This document shows, one piece after another, positions 36,511 through 49,497 of a stretch of 64,000 nt of DNA. This DNA is from Lama glama (taxonomy: Eukaryota). The notes under the pieces were generated by a model, which did no database searches, was not told the DNA's origin, and saw nothing but the letters and a program-made list of their open reading frames with translations. The stretch lies in the NCBI GenBank assembly GCA_028534125.1, contig CM052817.1, positions 100,318,001-100,382,000 of the forward strand, given 5' to 3'. Position 1 is the stretch's first letter; every line of letters starts with the position of its first letter. The translations under genes and the position numbers were made by a program.

Positions 36511-39500
36511 CCTAATATTTCTTCCTCTTTTTTTCTTCACCAGCAGATATCATCAGATTGTACTCTAGGTAGCAATATGTCTACTTAAAAAAAAATTGCT
36601 TCCTCATCTTTCTTTCAGCTGACCTTTCTTTCAAGTGACCATGTGACTACATTCTGGCCAGCAAGAAGTCATTGGATGGAAACTCTAGGAGAGCTTTCCA
36701 AAAGGTTACATGTGTTTGATATTCCTTTTCACTTTAAACCGTCTGCCCCATTATCCCTCCTTCTTCTTTCAGACTGGGACACAGACATGATGCTTGGCTG
36801 GCCAGCAGCTACTTTGCAACCATGAGGACAAAATCCCATCTCTCCATTCCTAATGATGTGATGAAATTATTTCATGAGAAAAATAGCCTTTTAATTGTTT
36901 AAGGCAATATTACTGGTCGTTTTATTTGTTGTCATTGTTTTGCTGGTTTGTTTTTGTTTTCTTCATTTGTTTTTTCCGGTTACTCACATCAAACCCATTT
37001 ATAACTTGCCAGTTACAAATTTCAGGACTTCATGAGACCCAGCTGCATTTCTGCCCTTACATTCTGTGAGATACCACTGGATTAAATTTTTGTCTTCACC
37101 TAGCTTGTGTAGGTTGGTGTTACCAGCTGTGAAGCAAGCCCTTGCCAAGACAAGGGTGCTTGAGTTGATGGTACCAAGGAAAAGTTTTGCAAAGATAAGA
37201 TTCTCTACACTGAAGATAAAGCCAGAGACGAGTTTTTCAGTAGCAGGAGGGATTAGGGCAATGACCTACTCAGGTCATGAGCCACTGGAAAGATTGCCAG
37301 GGGTCTCTGAACAACCTTGTTCCTGGAAAATCATGGAGCAGGGAGGGAGGCAGCTGACTTAGGGGCTGGTGAGTTAGGTGTAGCCGTCCCTGGAGGCAGG
37401 TGCATCAAAGAGCTCATCTCAGATGTGACATGCAGAGCCTTTGTGTAAGCAAACAGGCAGGACAAGCAAAGCGTTAAAGGCAGACGTTGGCCCTCTGTCT
37501 GCACTCTGGTGAGGCTTTGAAGGAGAACTCGTCAGCTAATGGGAGCACCGGTTCTGGTCCTACTTTTTCACATTCCGTGTCCTCAGGCTTCAGTGCTCTG
37601 CTCAACAGCGGAGAATGGAATCAGCCCACGGATATTTGTTAGTTCTGGTTTCCAGGGAGCACCTTCTCCATAAAATCCATCAATGTCTCCTTTGCTCTCT
37701 CCTGCCTTACTGAAGCTGCAGTCTAAGATTTTTAGATCTGATGGCTCTTGTCACCTGCAGGGAGGTTGATCCTGGCTCAGACCGTGTCAACTCTGCTGCA
37801 GAAAACACAGAGACTCTGCAGGTCCAGGTCTGTTTTGGGGGATTCCCGGGTGGCACCAATTCAGGCCTCTTCCATGGGGTTAGGGGCGGCCTTTCTAGAA
37901 TCCAGGGCCAACTTCCATTCTGAGAAGCTGGTGTACCCCAAGCTGCTACTGCTCCCGTGGTGAGAGGTCACTCTTTTCTGCTGTTCTCCTTCAAGATCTT
38001 TCCAGTTTAGAAAAGGCTTCCAAGAAAGATGTGCATTCATTTCCTTCACAGAACAGTGGAAAGCCTCCTTGTTTTACACAACCACAAAGTTCCTACCAAC
38101 AGAACTGTCGATATTTAAAAGTCATCTCAATGGCAGCAGAAATTTTTAACTTCTTTGTTATTTGGGGAGGGGAGGGGAGAGAGGGGGAAAGATGAGAAAG
38201 AGTTGATCGTTCTTTTTCAAATGCCTTATGTGAAAGCATTTTCTGAAAGATGTTGGTTTGTTACTATTCAGCATTTGACCCCAAAGAGAAAATTACATTC
38301 TGATGGAAAACTAGAATTTCATTTCTGAGCACGAAATTGTAGACATTTATCTGAAGAGATGCTCAGCATGTATTAAGTGAAAAAATTTGGGTTACACAAC
38401 TGCATTGAATGATATTAATTTTGACTAAGTAGAGACAGAAAAGAAAGAAAGAAAAGAAAAGAAGGAAGGAAGGGGAAAGAAATCATTTTAAAGACATATT
38501 TGCATATTCCCAAAAATGACTGGAAATTTTATATATCAAAAATCATGATAGTATGTGTTGAGGGTAAAACCATTTGTGATTTTAAAATTTCTTTTACTTA
38601 ATTTTTCAGATTTTCTCTAATGAACAGGTATACCTTTAATGTTACTAAAAATGTTATTTTAATTGACATTAACTAGTCTCATATAATTTCGAAAAACCTC
38701 ATCTTGTTGGTTTCTCAGAATATTAACATATACATGGGCTGTTGACTTATTTTCTGACTACAGCTAGTTATGCTTTTGCTAGAAACGGGGCGAAGAATGG
38801 AACAGATGAAGTAAAGCACTCAAGAATTCAGAAATATTTTCTTAGAATCTCATCTTCCATCCTCCAAGGTTATTTGTAATCCAGCTGAATCTACCGTGCT
38901 TCTATTACTAGTTATGACCCTTCACTCACTCATCGTGTTTTTTGAGCATCTAGGATGTGTGGTGAACTAGAGAGAAATGGTGGCTAGGCTGTCCGGGGTC
39001 TACTCAGCATGGATCACAAGTTCCATCCTGAAAAATAGCTTCCACTTTTGCTGAAAGGTTGCTGGAGGGTGTGGAGAGAAATGCTCTGTGACCACGTGTG
39101 AGCTCAGGGGGAACCGAGTGCCACAATCCACGAGGAGGCTCTGCCCTGGCAGTCGGAGGTTAAAATGGGGACAGGTGCGCTGGAGGTTGACCATTCCTGG
39201 TTGATGTTCATGATCAGGGAAGGTAGGAAAGGCAGGAAATGAGCCAAAGGAGAAGCACAAACAATCTGATTGATCAAGGGAAGAAATAATCCACCTTTGC
39301 TCAAGAGAGAGCCAGCTTTTGTCCTGTCCCAGCTCCCACCCTTCATGCTACTGGTTTTCCATTTGCTCTTTGTATGCACCACAATTCTACACAGGAAGCT
39401 GAGAGCCAGGCCTGCCCTTCCCACCCCTTTCTCCCAGGTCCCCATCCCAAAAATGGTTGCCTCAGAGGCAACGATTTTACAAGGACCTGGACCCATCTCG

Positions 39501-41619
39501 TCCCTTTTGGCATCCTCTCTGTAACTAGGACAGTACGGACGCCCACTGGAATCTTGTTTCTTTTCCATTCAGGAAAGCAAAGATCAAGGTTAGGTACTCC
39601 ATTTTGACAAAAATAAAATAAATTTGAAAACACCGGAGATGTGTTGTTTGCTGGGTCCCACCTCGACAGCCACAACCACTGACAAATCTTTCTAATGTTT
39701 TGTCAGGTTCTGGATCCAATACCCTGCAGTCATGCAGAGATGCACATAGTGGTTATTTATGTGCTTGGCGAGTTTATTTCTCCCATTCTGCTATGGTCAT
39801 TTGTTTCCCCAGGAGCGGGATACACATGGTATTGGTTTTCATAAGGTGCCGCACTGACATTTTCGTGCCATGGGAGTGATGAGGGCTTGAGAGGCAGACC
39901 GAGCTCAAGGGTGCGCAGCTTAGGAACGTATCAGAGCTGAGGAGTCTGGTTTCCTTTATCCATACCCTCTCCTTGCGTTGCTGTGGTTTTTGTTGTTGCT
40001 GTTGGCAAAGTCTAAGCATTGTGCTATTGTGTGTGTTTGTGCTTCCCGGAGTAGGGTCCCAGGAGTGCCCAATTTAGGGAGGAACTCCCCTCACCTCTGT
40101 GCTTGGCTCATCTCAGCCCTTCAGCACTTAGGAGTCTGAGACGATGGAAAATTAGCAAAGGAAAGCCCATAGGTAAATTAACTCAGTGACTTCGAGAATT
40201 CCTAGGGAAGAGGGCAAAAGCCATGGGGTTCAGAAGAATTCAGACAGGCAAAACCCCTCTCCAGTTTGGGACACACCCCGTAGGATGGATTCTACTTCAG
40301 TTCGCTTCTTTAAAAAGCTGGGATGCCTGAGGAAAAGGGACATTTTTCTTTCACGGAGTAAATAAATAGCGGAGGTTAGGGTTGGGTGGCTTGTATGAAA
40401 TCCCCAGAAGTCTCAGGGCATTAAACAGCACAGTAGATTAAGTGACACCAATTACCATTATATTAACCGTGAGAGAATGATTAAAGTGTAAAGAGTCACA
40501 ATGAATCGGAGTGATCTACATGACTCAGCCAGCAAAAACAACCACGCCAGGAGCAGCTTTTGAGGCGAAGGGCGATACCCTCTGCATGCCAAGTAGCCAG
40601 ACACCTAGGTGATGATTCCGCCTGCTCCGGGAGCCCCGGTGCGCACAAGCCCCTCGACACAAAGATACATCATCCCTAAAAAGTAACGCGAAGGTGTCCT
40701 AATAACTTACGTTGGAATAGCTCTTTGCTGACACTCGCTATAGTAGTTTTCATTAAAAAGTTGACGCATACTATTGCAAAGCATTTCCCCTCCCATGACA
40801 ATTCATCATAAGGATAGAAAACTCGCAACCAAGGAATATCACATTTATTAATAAGCATTTATCATGTTCCCGCAGCATGCAACTTGCTGAAGGAAATAAA
40901 GACAGAGAGGGATTGTACACCCAATGAAATTAAAATCTAAATAAAGGAATATTGACAAAAGTCCTGGGCGAGCCTGGTTGGGCAGATACATAGATCAAGG
41001 GCTGGTTATGGAAAGTCCGGTGCCTTTCCACGTGGTGAAGGGGGACACACCCGAATGTGCACCTTCGATTAATACTGATCGTGACCCTTCTTTTCTTCCC
41101 ATCGCAGTCCTGCAGGAATAGAATTAGAAATGCAACCGCATATAGAATTCCTTTCCATGCAGGCAGTTATTTCTAGGATGGTCTCTGTCAGCCAGCCTGT
41201 CTGGGTGACATTTCCTACAGAAACTGTAAATGTCCCTCCCTGAACGGAGAATCATATTACCCAGGTGAACAGAAACACTGTAGCATCATTGTGTTCTTTC
41301 CTTCTTACTTTGATGTCCTCAGTCCAACGCAGCTCCTCTCTCTCTCTCTGCCCAGTTCCGCTGACCTACTTTGATCAAATGAACTCACATCCATATTTGA
41401 AGTGGCTTTTTCCCCCTGACCAGGAAAATCCTCTTCAAAGGAGTTGCTAGTCTGCAATGCAGTCTTTCCATATTTTTCATGCTGGAGCCAGTGGTCAGTG
41501 GATGATTTGGTCTAGGTGGATATACCCTCTGGGACATGTTTCCCATTCTGCCTGAATTTTCCCTGCACTGTCCCCGTGCTCCTCCTCAGAGGTCTCAGGT
41601 AGTCCTTCAGAAGGCAAAT

Positions 41620-41855
41620 GGCTGGGTGTAGAGGATACGGATTTTGAAGGCCAGTGGCTGTAGGCATCAGTCATATGTTCTGCTGCTTACCAGCTGTGTG
41701 GCCTTGGGCAAGTGACTTTACCTCTCTGAGTCTAGACCTTCTGTATGTAAAATAAGCATAGTAATTCCTCCCTGAAAGAGCGGTTACGAGGGTTACATGA
41801 GATAATACATATCAAGTTTGGGACATGTAATTGATGAGCAATGTCACTTACCAAT
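41620..41855 (+). mobile_element. MIR SINE
   Basis: cttaccagctgtgtggccttgggcaagtgactttacctctctgag...gagggttacatgagataa. Confidence 0.8.
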
Positions 41856-42921
41856 GTTGTGCTTCTGATTCCCCTGGGGACCCAGGACCTAGTTGTCTCA
41901 TGTTCTTTAGGCTTCACTGCAATCAGTTACTGGAATTCTCTTTACCTGTTTGTGTATGTGTCTTTAAATTATGAATGCAACCATTTTAAGTATATAAAAA
42001 TAAGTGCACAAAAAGTAAGCATATCACATTCTTTTCTCTATTTCAAAATATCAGTATATTCTGTTTAGCTATATATTAGATAGGATGAGTTCCGAAGTGG
42101 GCTGAGAATTTAGTGACTGCAAGAGTTTTTTTAAAAACAAAAAGTAATTTGGATACTGAGACTGGGCTGGAAAAAATGGCATTGTCCAATAGTACAAAGA
42201 AAAGAATGTTTTTGATGCTGTATACATGGCCAGCCGGGCGGGATCAGATTGATTTTTAACAGTGTTTGTCAAACTTTGGTGTATGTGCACATCACCCTGA
42301 TGTTCCCAGTGGGGACTGAACCACATCCTGCATTTTTGACAAACCCACAGCGTGATTCTGATGGAGGAGAACCACACTAACTCAAGAGCCCATGGGTACA
42401 AAAGGAGGCCAGCAACATAGCCCAGCTGCCAAAAATATTTCTGGTCTCCTTTTCTCACTTACCTCCTTTTCCCCCTCCTTTTCCTTTCCTTTCTCTCCGT
42501 CTGTCTCTCAGGATGGCTCAGCTGGAAGAAATGGACGTGTAACTGTTCCCCTCGTGTAAACAGAGGTGATGGAAGTTGAGAGCTGGGAAGAGGTACTACA
42601 CAGCAGCACTTGCTGAATGAGAAAACCCGTGGCAATCAAGGGACGCCTTTCCCGAAAAAAGTTAAAATCTGCCGTAGCAGAAAAGCTACAAAAGTGAACT
42701 ATTTGGCAAAATCCTGAAATTTCTAGACTCCCAGTCAAATGTGGGGGTGAGTATCAAAGAGGAAGAAAAGATAAATAAACCCTAGTCCAACCCGAGGCCA
42801 CAGAAAACAAGACTGGATTAAGCAGAATCCAGAAGTGTTAAAGATTAAGTGAGGAGGTGCTGAATCTGCATAAGCTTTTCTACTTCCCCCAAATGGTGCT
42901 TTCACACTTTTCAAAACTATG

Positions 42922-43504
42922 TGTATCGGTTAGCATAGGCTGGGTTATGCTGCAGTGACAAACCAACCCCCATATTTCAGCGGCTTCAAAGAACAAATTT
43001 TCATTTCTCACAGTTCTGGAGGCTGGGAAAGTTCAAAACCAAGGTGCTGACAGGCCCGGTGTCTGATGAAGGCCTTCTTCCTGGTTCATAGATGCTGTCT
43101 TATTGCTGTGTCCTCACATGGCCTAGAGCAGAGGGAAGGGTGCTTCCTCTTGTCTCTTCTCATAACAGCATCACTTCCATCATGATGACTCCGCCTTCAT
43201 GATCTAATTGTCTCCCATGGGTCCCATCTCCAAATACCATCACATTGAGGGTTAGAGATTCAATATAAATTTGGGGAGGATACAAGCATGCAGTCCGTAA
43301 CACCACAGCAAAGGGAAAAGGCAGGGGCGGGGGTGATCTGGAGGGCCCTGCATTGGGAATTAAATGCTCCAGACGAGAGCGACACCCTCATTGGCCAGAA
43401 TCAGTCTCATGGCTCTACCCGACCATCAGAAATTCAGGAAGTACACCTCTCCTTGGGAGCGGGGAGAACCAGAACATTCTGTGGACAGCACTAATGACAC
43501 CACA
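42922..43504 (-). mobile_element. Nested/chimeric MaLR LTRs: MLT1A-like (to 43302) inside an older MLT1K/L-like LTR
   Basis: Old-type end tgtatcggttagcataggctgggttatgctgcag; MLT1A body tctcacagttctggaggctggg...cagtccgtaaca; old-type text resumes to ctaatgacaccaca. Confidence 0.6.
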
Positions 43505-43989
43505 CTATGGCAACTTTTTATTCCAATAAAATATTATGCAGGAGCCCACAGTATGGGGCACACAACTGGAGCTGCTCTGATTAAAGCTGGGTGGGGTGAG
43601 GTGGGCATTCAACCCACCCAGTCCCCCAGCGAACCCTGGCGCATCTCTGAGCACTCAGGACTCCTGAGGACAGTCTGACAACCACAACTCTAAAACAGGC
43701 AGGGCACTGTATGCCTTATTTAAATACTGTTCTCTATTTATTGGTGATTAATCGTTTCAATAAACGATTTGATTTTAATGGAAAAAGGATAATTAAATGG
43801 AAAAGTACCGCTCTGTGGTGAGCCTCACTGCTTGAAAAGGGGCGGTTATAAACAGAACATTCTTTTTTCCATATCATAAACGCAGGCAAAATGCTTATGA
43901 AAAAAATTAAGCATCTCTAAAAATAGCCTCTGGACTTTACCCTCAGCCCAGTCGGATGAAGCATATGCAGAAGTGGGAACTCAAAGAGT

Positions 43990-44346
43990 GTGTCCATTTG
44001 GCAACATGGACAAACCTCGAGATGATGCTAAGCGAGATAAGGCAGGCATAAAAAGGCTAATAGTGCATGATTCTACTTTTCGAGACATCTAGAATAATCA
44101 GATTCATAGAAACTGAAAGTAGAATGATGGTTACCAGGGACTTAGGGGAGGGGAGAATAGAGAGTTGTTTAGTGGGTACAAAGTTTCAGGTTTACAAAAT
44201 GAACCCGTTCTGGAGATCTGTTGCACAACAATATGTATATACTCGATGCTACTGACCTGTACACTTAAAAATGGTTAAGATGGTAAATTTTATATAATGT
44301 ATACTTTAATCACAATTTTTAAAAACTAAAAAAAAAAAAAAAAAAA
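43990..44346 (+). mobile_element. L1MB-like 3' end with poly(A)
   Basis: caacatggacaaacct...aagtagaatgatggttaccagggg...tgtacacttaaaaatggttaagatggtaaatttt + A tail. Confidence 0.85.
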
Positions 44347-45024
44347 GTACCGGTAGCTCCAAACTCAGTCCTTTAAAAAGAAAAGATTATTTTCTTGTTT
44401 TTGTATCTGATCATTAGTAACACTTAAAACATTTTTCTTTCTCTTCTATATCTCTTTATTAAAATTCAATTGGAAACTTAACCTCTTGACCATAACAATG
44501 AGAATTTTGCTAAAAGTCCACTCTTTATTTGTTGGAATCTTCAGCCACCACGCTAAGTCAAAATAACAGGTTGAACTCATACCCCCAGCTCTGTTGGGCA
44601 TAGAAGTAGCGTACCCTGCTCTCCAGCTACCCAGGAACGCAGCCGGCTTGCGCCCAGGGTCTATGCAGAAGCTGTATTTTTTGAGCTTTTCTGGCCCAGA
44701 TGAGAAGTAGGTGCTGCCATTTCTAGAAGTTATGCCTGTTGACAGTCTGGCATCTTAGGAATCAATTGATCTTGCTCTGGTGGAGGCTGGCACTCTCTGG
44801 AAATCCTCTGCCTGAAGACACAGTGGGCTGTGGCCAGTGCAGCATTGTGATTGGAGGGACCCTTCAGAGGGTGCGAACAGAACGTCAGTCACTGTCATGA
44901 GGGGGAGCCCATGATGGGGTGAAGCACATGAGGGATCAGCTGTGTGAGCGCAGGCAGATTGCTTAACCTTCTGTTTCCCCACCCATAAAACAGGAATTAA
45001 CCACAGTCTAAGGATATATGAGAA

Positions 45025-45790
45025 TTCATCCACTTATTCAAAAAATACCTGTTGAGCACCTTATTATGTGCCAGGCTCTGTGCTAGCGGCTGGGACTATG
45101 CCAGGAAACAAACAGACCAAAATCCCCATTTTCATGGAGTTTAGATTCATTGTTGGGGAAGACTGACAATAAACAAATAAACAAATAAAGTTTATGACAT
45201 GTTAATAGTGGCAAGTGTGATAGAGATTAAAAAAAAAATGTGAGTATGAGTTTAAATAGGGTGGCCAGGGAAGCCCTTACTGGGAAAGTGATACTTGAAT
45301 AAAGAAAGACTTGAGGTGGGGAGTGTATAGCTCAGTGGTAGAGTGCATGTTTAGCATGCACAAGGTCCCAGGTTCAATCCCCAGTACCCCTGTTATAAAT
45401 AAATAAGTAAAAACAAAATTACTTCCCCCCTCAAAATAAAATAAAAATTTTAAAAAAGAGAGACTTAAAGTAGGTGAGGGAGCAAGCCATGTGGCTACTT
45501 GGCAGAGAGGACAGCACATGCAAAGTCCTGAGGCCAGTGTGGCTGGATCAGAGCCAGGAGGGCTGGGTGACAGGAGATATGCTCAAGCAGTGACATGGGG
45601 TGAGGGGGCAGATCGCTTAGGGTATTACTGTATAGAGACTTTGGATCAGAAGAGAGCAGTGAGGAATAACATAATCTTATATCTTAAAGGATCTTTCTGG
45701 TTGCTGGTTAAGAGTAGGCTCAAGGGGGCAAGGACAGAAGAAAGCAGATCTATTAGGAAGATTTTCAATGGCCTGGGATGATGGTGGCTG
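45025..45790 (-). mobile_element. L2 3' region, interrupted by Vic-1
   Basis: ttattcaaaaaatacctgttgagcaccttattatgtgccaggctctgtgctag... Confidence 0.75.
45318..45454 (+). mobile_element. Vic-1 SINE
   Basis: ggggagtgtatagctcagtggtagagtgcatgtttagcatgcacaaggtcccaggttcaatcccc; degenerate TSD aaagaaagacttgaggt/aaagagagacttaaagt. Confidence 0.92.
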
Positions 45791-46804
45791 TGGGGGTGGT
45801 AAGATTAAATTTAGATGACACCTATAAAGCACTCACCACTGTTTCTGGCACATGGTAAGGGCCAATGGAAGGTGATGGTCTGGTTATTATTAGCAAAGAA
45901 CACAGGGAAAAGTGTGAAATTAGGGGCAAAAAAGACACAATGTTCCATGTGCCAGACGCTATCTGGATAAGAAGCAGAGCCAGAAACCTGGGATAATGAC
46001 GACAGGGCATCAGGGGTAATCACAGAGGCACTATTTTGGGACCAGGAAAAAAGATTGTTCTGAGCTTCAAAGGCACCATGCGGGTGCTTCAGGGAGGGAT
46101 CTGTGCCCATGCCAAAGCCTCCAGAGAAGCAGAGAATTAATGAAAGTCAAGGTCACCTGGATTCAGGGACACACAGGAGACAATAGCGAGAGCGTTTTGT
46201 TTGTATGTTTATATGCACCGAGATAGATAAAGAAGAGCCCTCTCTGGGAGGGTAGAAATGACGTAAGCACCTAACAGCCCAGCTGGACACTTTAATTTCT
46301 CTAAATCAGTATACAAAAAGGAGCAAACGTAGAGCAAGTTGGGCCTTTCAGACACCAAAAGATCCCTCGCTCTTTCTGTTTGGGGTGGATACTGGGGCTT
46401 CTTGCCAGGGGCCGTGCCGGAAGGCGACCTCCATTCGAGAAAGTACATGGTTTCAGGGCAACATTTCCTTGAGGGTTTTGAGATCGTCCCGGGGCAACTG
46501 AGTAAGACACATCCCTGAACGCACACTTCCTTGTGGAGTGTAGGACAGCTGCCAACCGCTCGCAGGGCTCCCTGCTGCCTGGAGCTCTCTGCAACCAGCA
46601 GCGTGGGAGATCCCCAGCGCAAAGCACGCAGACGCCCAAGCAGGTAGACCTGGGCTTGGGGCGGGGGTGGGGGGGGGCACCACCGAGACGCCCTGTGGCA
46701 AAGTCCCTCCTTTGGAAAGAACACACTTTGTTTTCAATAAAGAGTTGATGTGCCTTCTGCCTCTGTGTTGCATCAATCTCCACGTGAGTAGAAAATGGCT
46801 CTAG

Positions 46805-47018
46805 AACAAATGTTGAATGGCTCTCCCTGTGGTGATAAAACCACCTGCCCCTGGGCTGCCCGTGATGGGCACCACTAGTCACACGTGGCTACTGAGCCTT
46901 TGAAATGTGGCTGGTGAAACCAAGGAACTGGATGTGTAATCTTCTTTCCTTGTATCTAACACAAATTTCCATTTAAAGCGGCACATGTGGCCGGGGATTA
47001 CCGTGTTGGATGACACAG
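46805..47018. mobile_element. MER3-like hAT MITE
   Basis: ccactagtcacacgtggctactgagcctttgaaatgtggctggtga...cacatgtggc. Confidence 0.7.
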
Positions 47019-47829
47019 CTCTGGAAGGTTTACTAACTTTCATCCCAAGTCCCTTCCTCTCGACTCAGTAAAGAATGTAAGCATCTCTGGAATTGGGTCT
47101 TAGTCTTAGTCGTTTCAGGAGCGTGGGACAAGAGTGCCACACAGTCACATGAAGACTGCAGCAGCCCTGCCCAGCCCGGGTGCGTTTACCTGCAGCCCTG
47201 GGACCAGGACAGACCCTGGCATCTCCGGGAGCCTCTGTTCCTTCACTCTCTTCATTGAAAGTTGTGAGAATCAAACTCCTCTAAAAATTGAAGTTTTTTT
47301 TTTTTTTCCCAAAGGGATTGTACTGTTGTTTTAAACTTTTTCAGGGTCTCCGAGCTCCTATACAAATGGGAAACTGGTTAATGGAAAAGACATGTAGAAT
47401 ACTTGGTATTCTTCATTGGTTTCTAAATTCATCCCACCCTAAGGCAAGAAGAACAAAGTAGCCTTTTGGGGCCATATGCCTTCTACTTACAACATGAAAC
47501 CTCCAGGCCAACCATAAGCCTTGTCTCTTGGCAGCAAAACAAACCACGGCAAGCGCTGAAAATGGCAACCTCACAGCCAATTAAAGGATCCTGCGCGGAG
47601 TGTCATGCTGTCGTCCACATAACTTCACAATCGCAGGAACGGAGAGGTTTTACTTTATATCAGGGACCTCCACTTTAAAGGGGAAGGCAAATGGTGGCTC
47701 GAAGAACCGCCTTTAAAGTGCAAAACTGTTAGTATTACTGAAGAGGGGCTGATACAGTCACTAGTGAGAGTGAATCCAAAACTGGACTTTATCACCAAGG
47801 CTGGACATCGAAGCAGAAATGTACGTATA

Positions 47830-48010
47830 AAGCACCCGTTCCGGGCCAGACATAGGAAGGTGCCTTCTCTGATGTATCATTTCTTGTATGATCCTTTCAA
47901 CAGCCCTATGCGATAGCTCTTCTTATTCCAAGAGGGGTTAAGCCCAAGGATACACAGATGGTAAGGACAGAGCTGGAATTCTACCCCAGGCAGCCCACAC
48001 CCCAGAGCCC
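47830..48010 (-). mobile_element. MIR SINE
   Basis: atcctttcaacagccctatg...cccaaggatacacagatggtaag...agagctggaattc. Confidence 0.55.
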
Positions 48011-48959
48011 CGGTCCTCTGCACCCAACTGCAGACGGTGGCTCGGAATAACATGGAAAAGTTGTTGTTTCTCTAAGTGAAGATCTGTATCCTACTTACTT
48101 CCCAAAGACTGGAGGCGGCATAGAGATTAAGGCACTGTGCAAGAGAAGGCATTTAAGGATAACCCTCCTTCCGGCTGAAGAAAAGCAAAAGAAACAGATG
48201 TTTTCAGACACCTGAGCTGAGCAGATTCTAACACTTGGATATTGAATTTGGTTCTAACTTTTCTGACAGCTGAGCCAGAAAAGAGAAGCATATTGGGTTG
48301 CATAGAGTTTTATATCCTTGACAGTACATAGCATACATAGTCATCTACCGAGGCAAAATGTTTTCCTGGAATTAAACTTAGGTAAGAATTCATCAAGTAG
48401 GTCCTTGGATAAAGGACATTGAATAACCCGGAGAAAGTTGGTCTTGTCGTCTGTAAACCGAAGGGGCTGCATTAAAGTCATCTTCCAGTGCTGCGAGCGT
48501 ATGAAACGGTGCTCACTGAACTTCCGCAGAAAGAGTTAGATCACCGCTCAGTAGAGCCCCTCTTTCACTGACCCTCTCTGAAAACAGAAGGCAAGAGATT
48601 AAAGCACAGCTTAGTGAAGGAGCTTCTCCAAGGAGCGGAGGGGACATCGGCTGGGACTTTGCTTTGTGGAGTCCTACAATGCAGGGAGAGACTCAGAGAG
48701 CATCAGTGATGAGGGGGCACCGTGGCCACCCGCGACTATGTGCTCACAGGAATAGTAAGTGGGAAATGCCGGCGAGGGATCACCTTTGGGCAGTAGGCAC
48801 ACACACCCGGACTCAAAATGAGATATGCAAATGTATATTAAATATTGATTGCCTTCATTTAAAATAATTGAACAAGACTCTGTTTCAGAGCTGGCTGCTC
48901 TGGAGAATAAAAAGAATAGGAAGTATGGCTCCCCCCTTCAGGAAGCTTATAATCTAACG

Positions 48960-49161
48960 CAGGGTGTCTCAACATTGGCTGGAAGATCCTGTATCGTGGG
49001 GGGCTGCCCCGTGTGTGGTGGGATGTTTATGGCAGTGCCCCTGGCCTCTACCCCCAGATGCCAGTAGCACCCTCCTCGGGTGACAACCAAGAATGTCTCC
49101 AGACTTTGCCAAATACACCTGGGGTAGAGATGGGGGCTGACCCCCGGGTTGAGAACCACTG
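48960..49161. mobile_element. MER20 hAT MITE
   Basis: cagggtgtctcaac...cctggcctctacccccagatgccagtagcacc...gtgacaaccaagaatgtctccagac...gttgagaaccactg. Confidence 0.85.
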
Positions 49162-49395
49162 TAAGAGAAAGGGAAAAAAATCATCCATGAAATAGGAAAT
49201 CATTCTAGTGCAATGAATATAAATGGTTACAAGGATCCAAATGCAAGAAAGCTCTCTCCCAGTGAGAATAGCAGAGATTGAAGAAAACGGAGGAGGCATG
49301 TAAGATGGCCCCGATGGATTCGATGAGATTCTTCCTGGTGGTGAAGAGAGACAGCATCACTGGAAGAGAGAATAGACTAAGAAAAGGCGTGGAGT

Positions 49396-49497
49396 GGGGG
49401 TGGAGGTATAGCTCAGTGGTAGAGTGCGTGCTTAGCATGCACAAGGTCCTGGGTTCAATCCCCAGTACCTCCATTAAAAAAAGAAAAGAAAAGAAAG
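49396..49497 (+). mobile_element. Short Vic-1 SINE / tRNA-Ala(AGC)-like retrocopy
   Basis: 72-nt cloverleaf-capable head 49402-49473 followed by an A-rich tail, no oligo-T terminator nearby. Confidence 0.85.

Noticed and set aside
43750..43769. Hairpin aatcgttt-caat-aaacgatt
   Set aside because: An 8-bp AT-rich stem is unremarkable in 64 kb
46209..46882. Overlapping 171/193-aa ORFs in a GC-rich patch
   Set aside because: Several frames are open because of GC content; no homology evident
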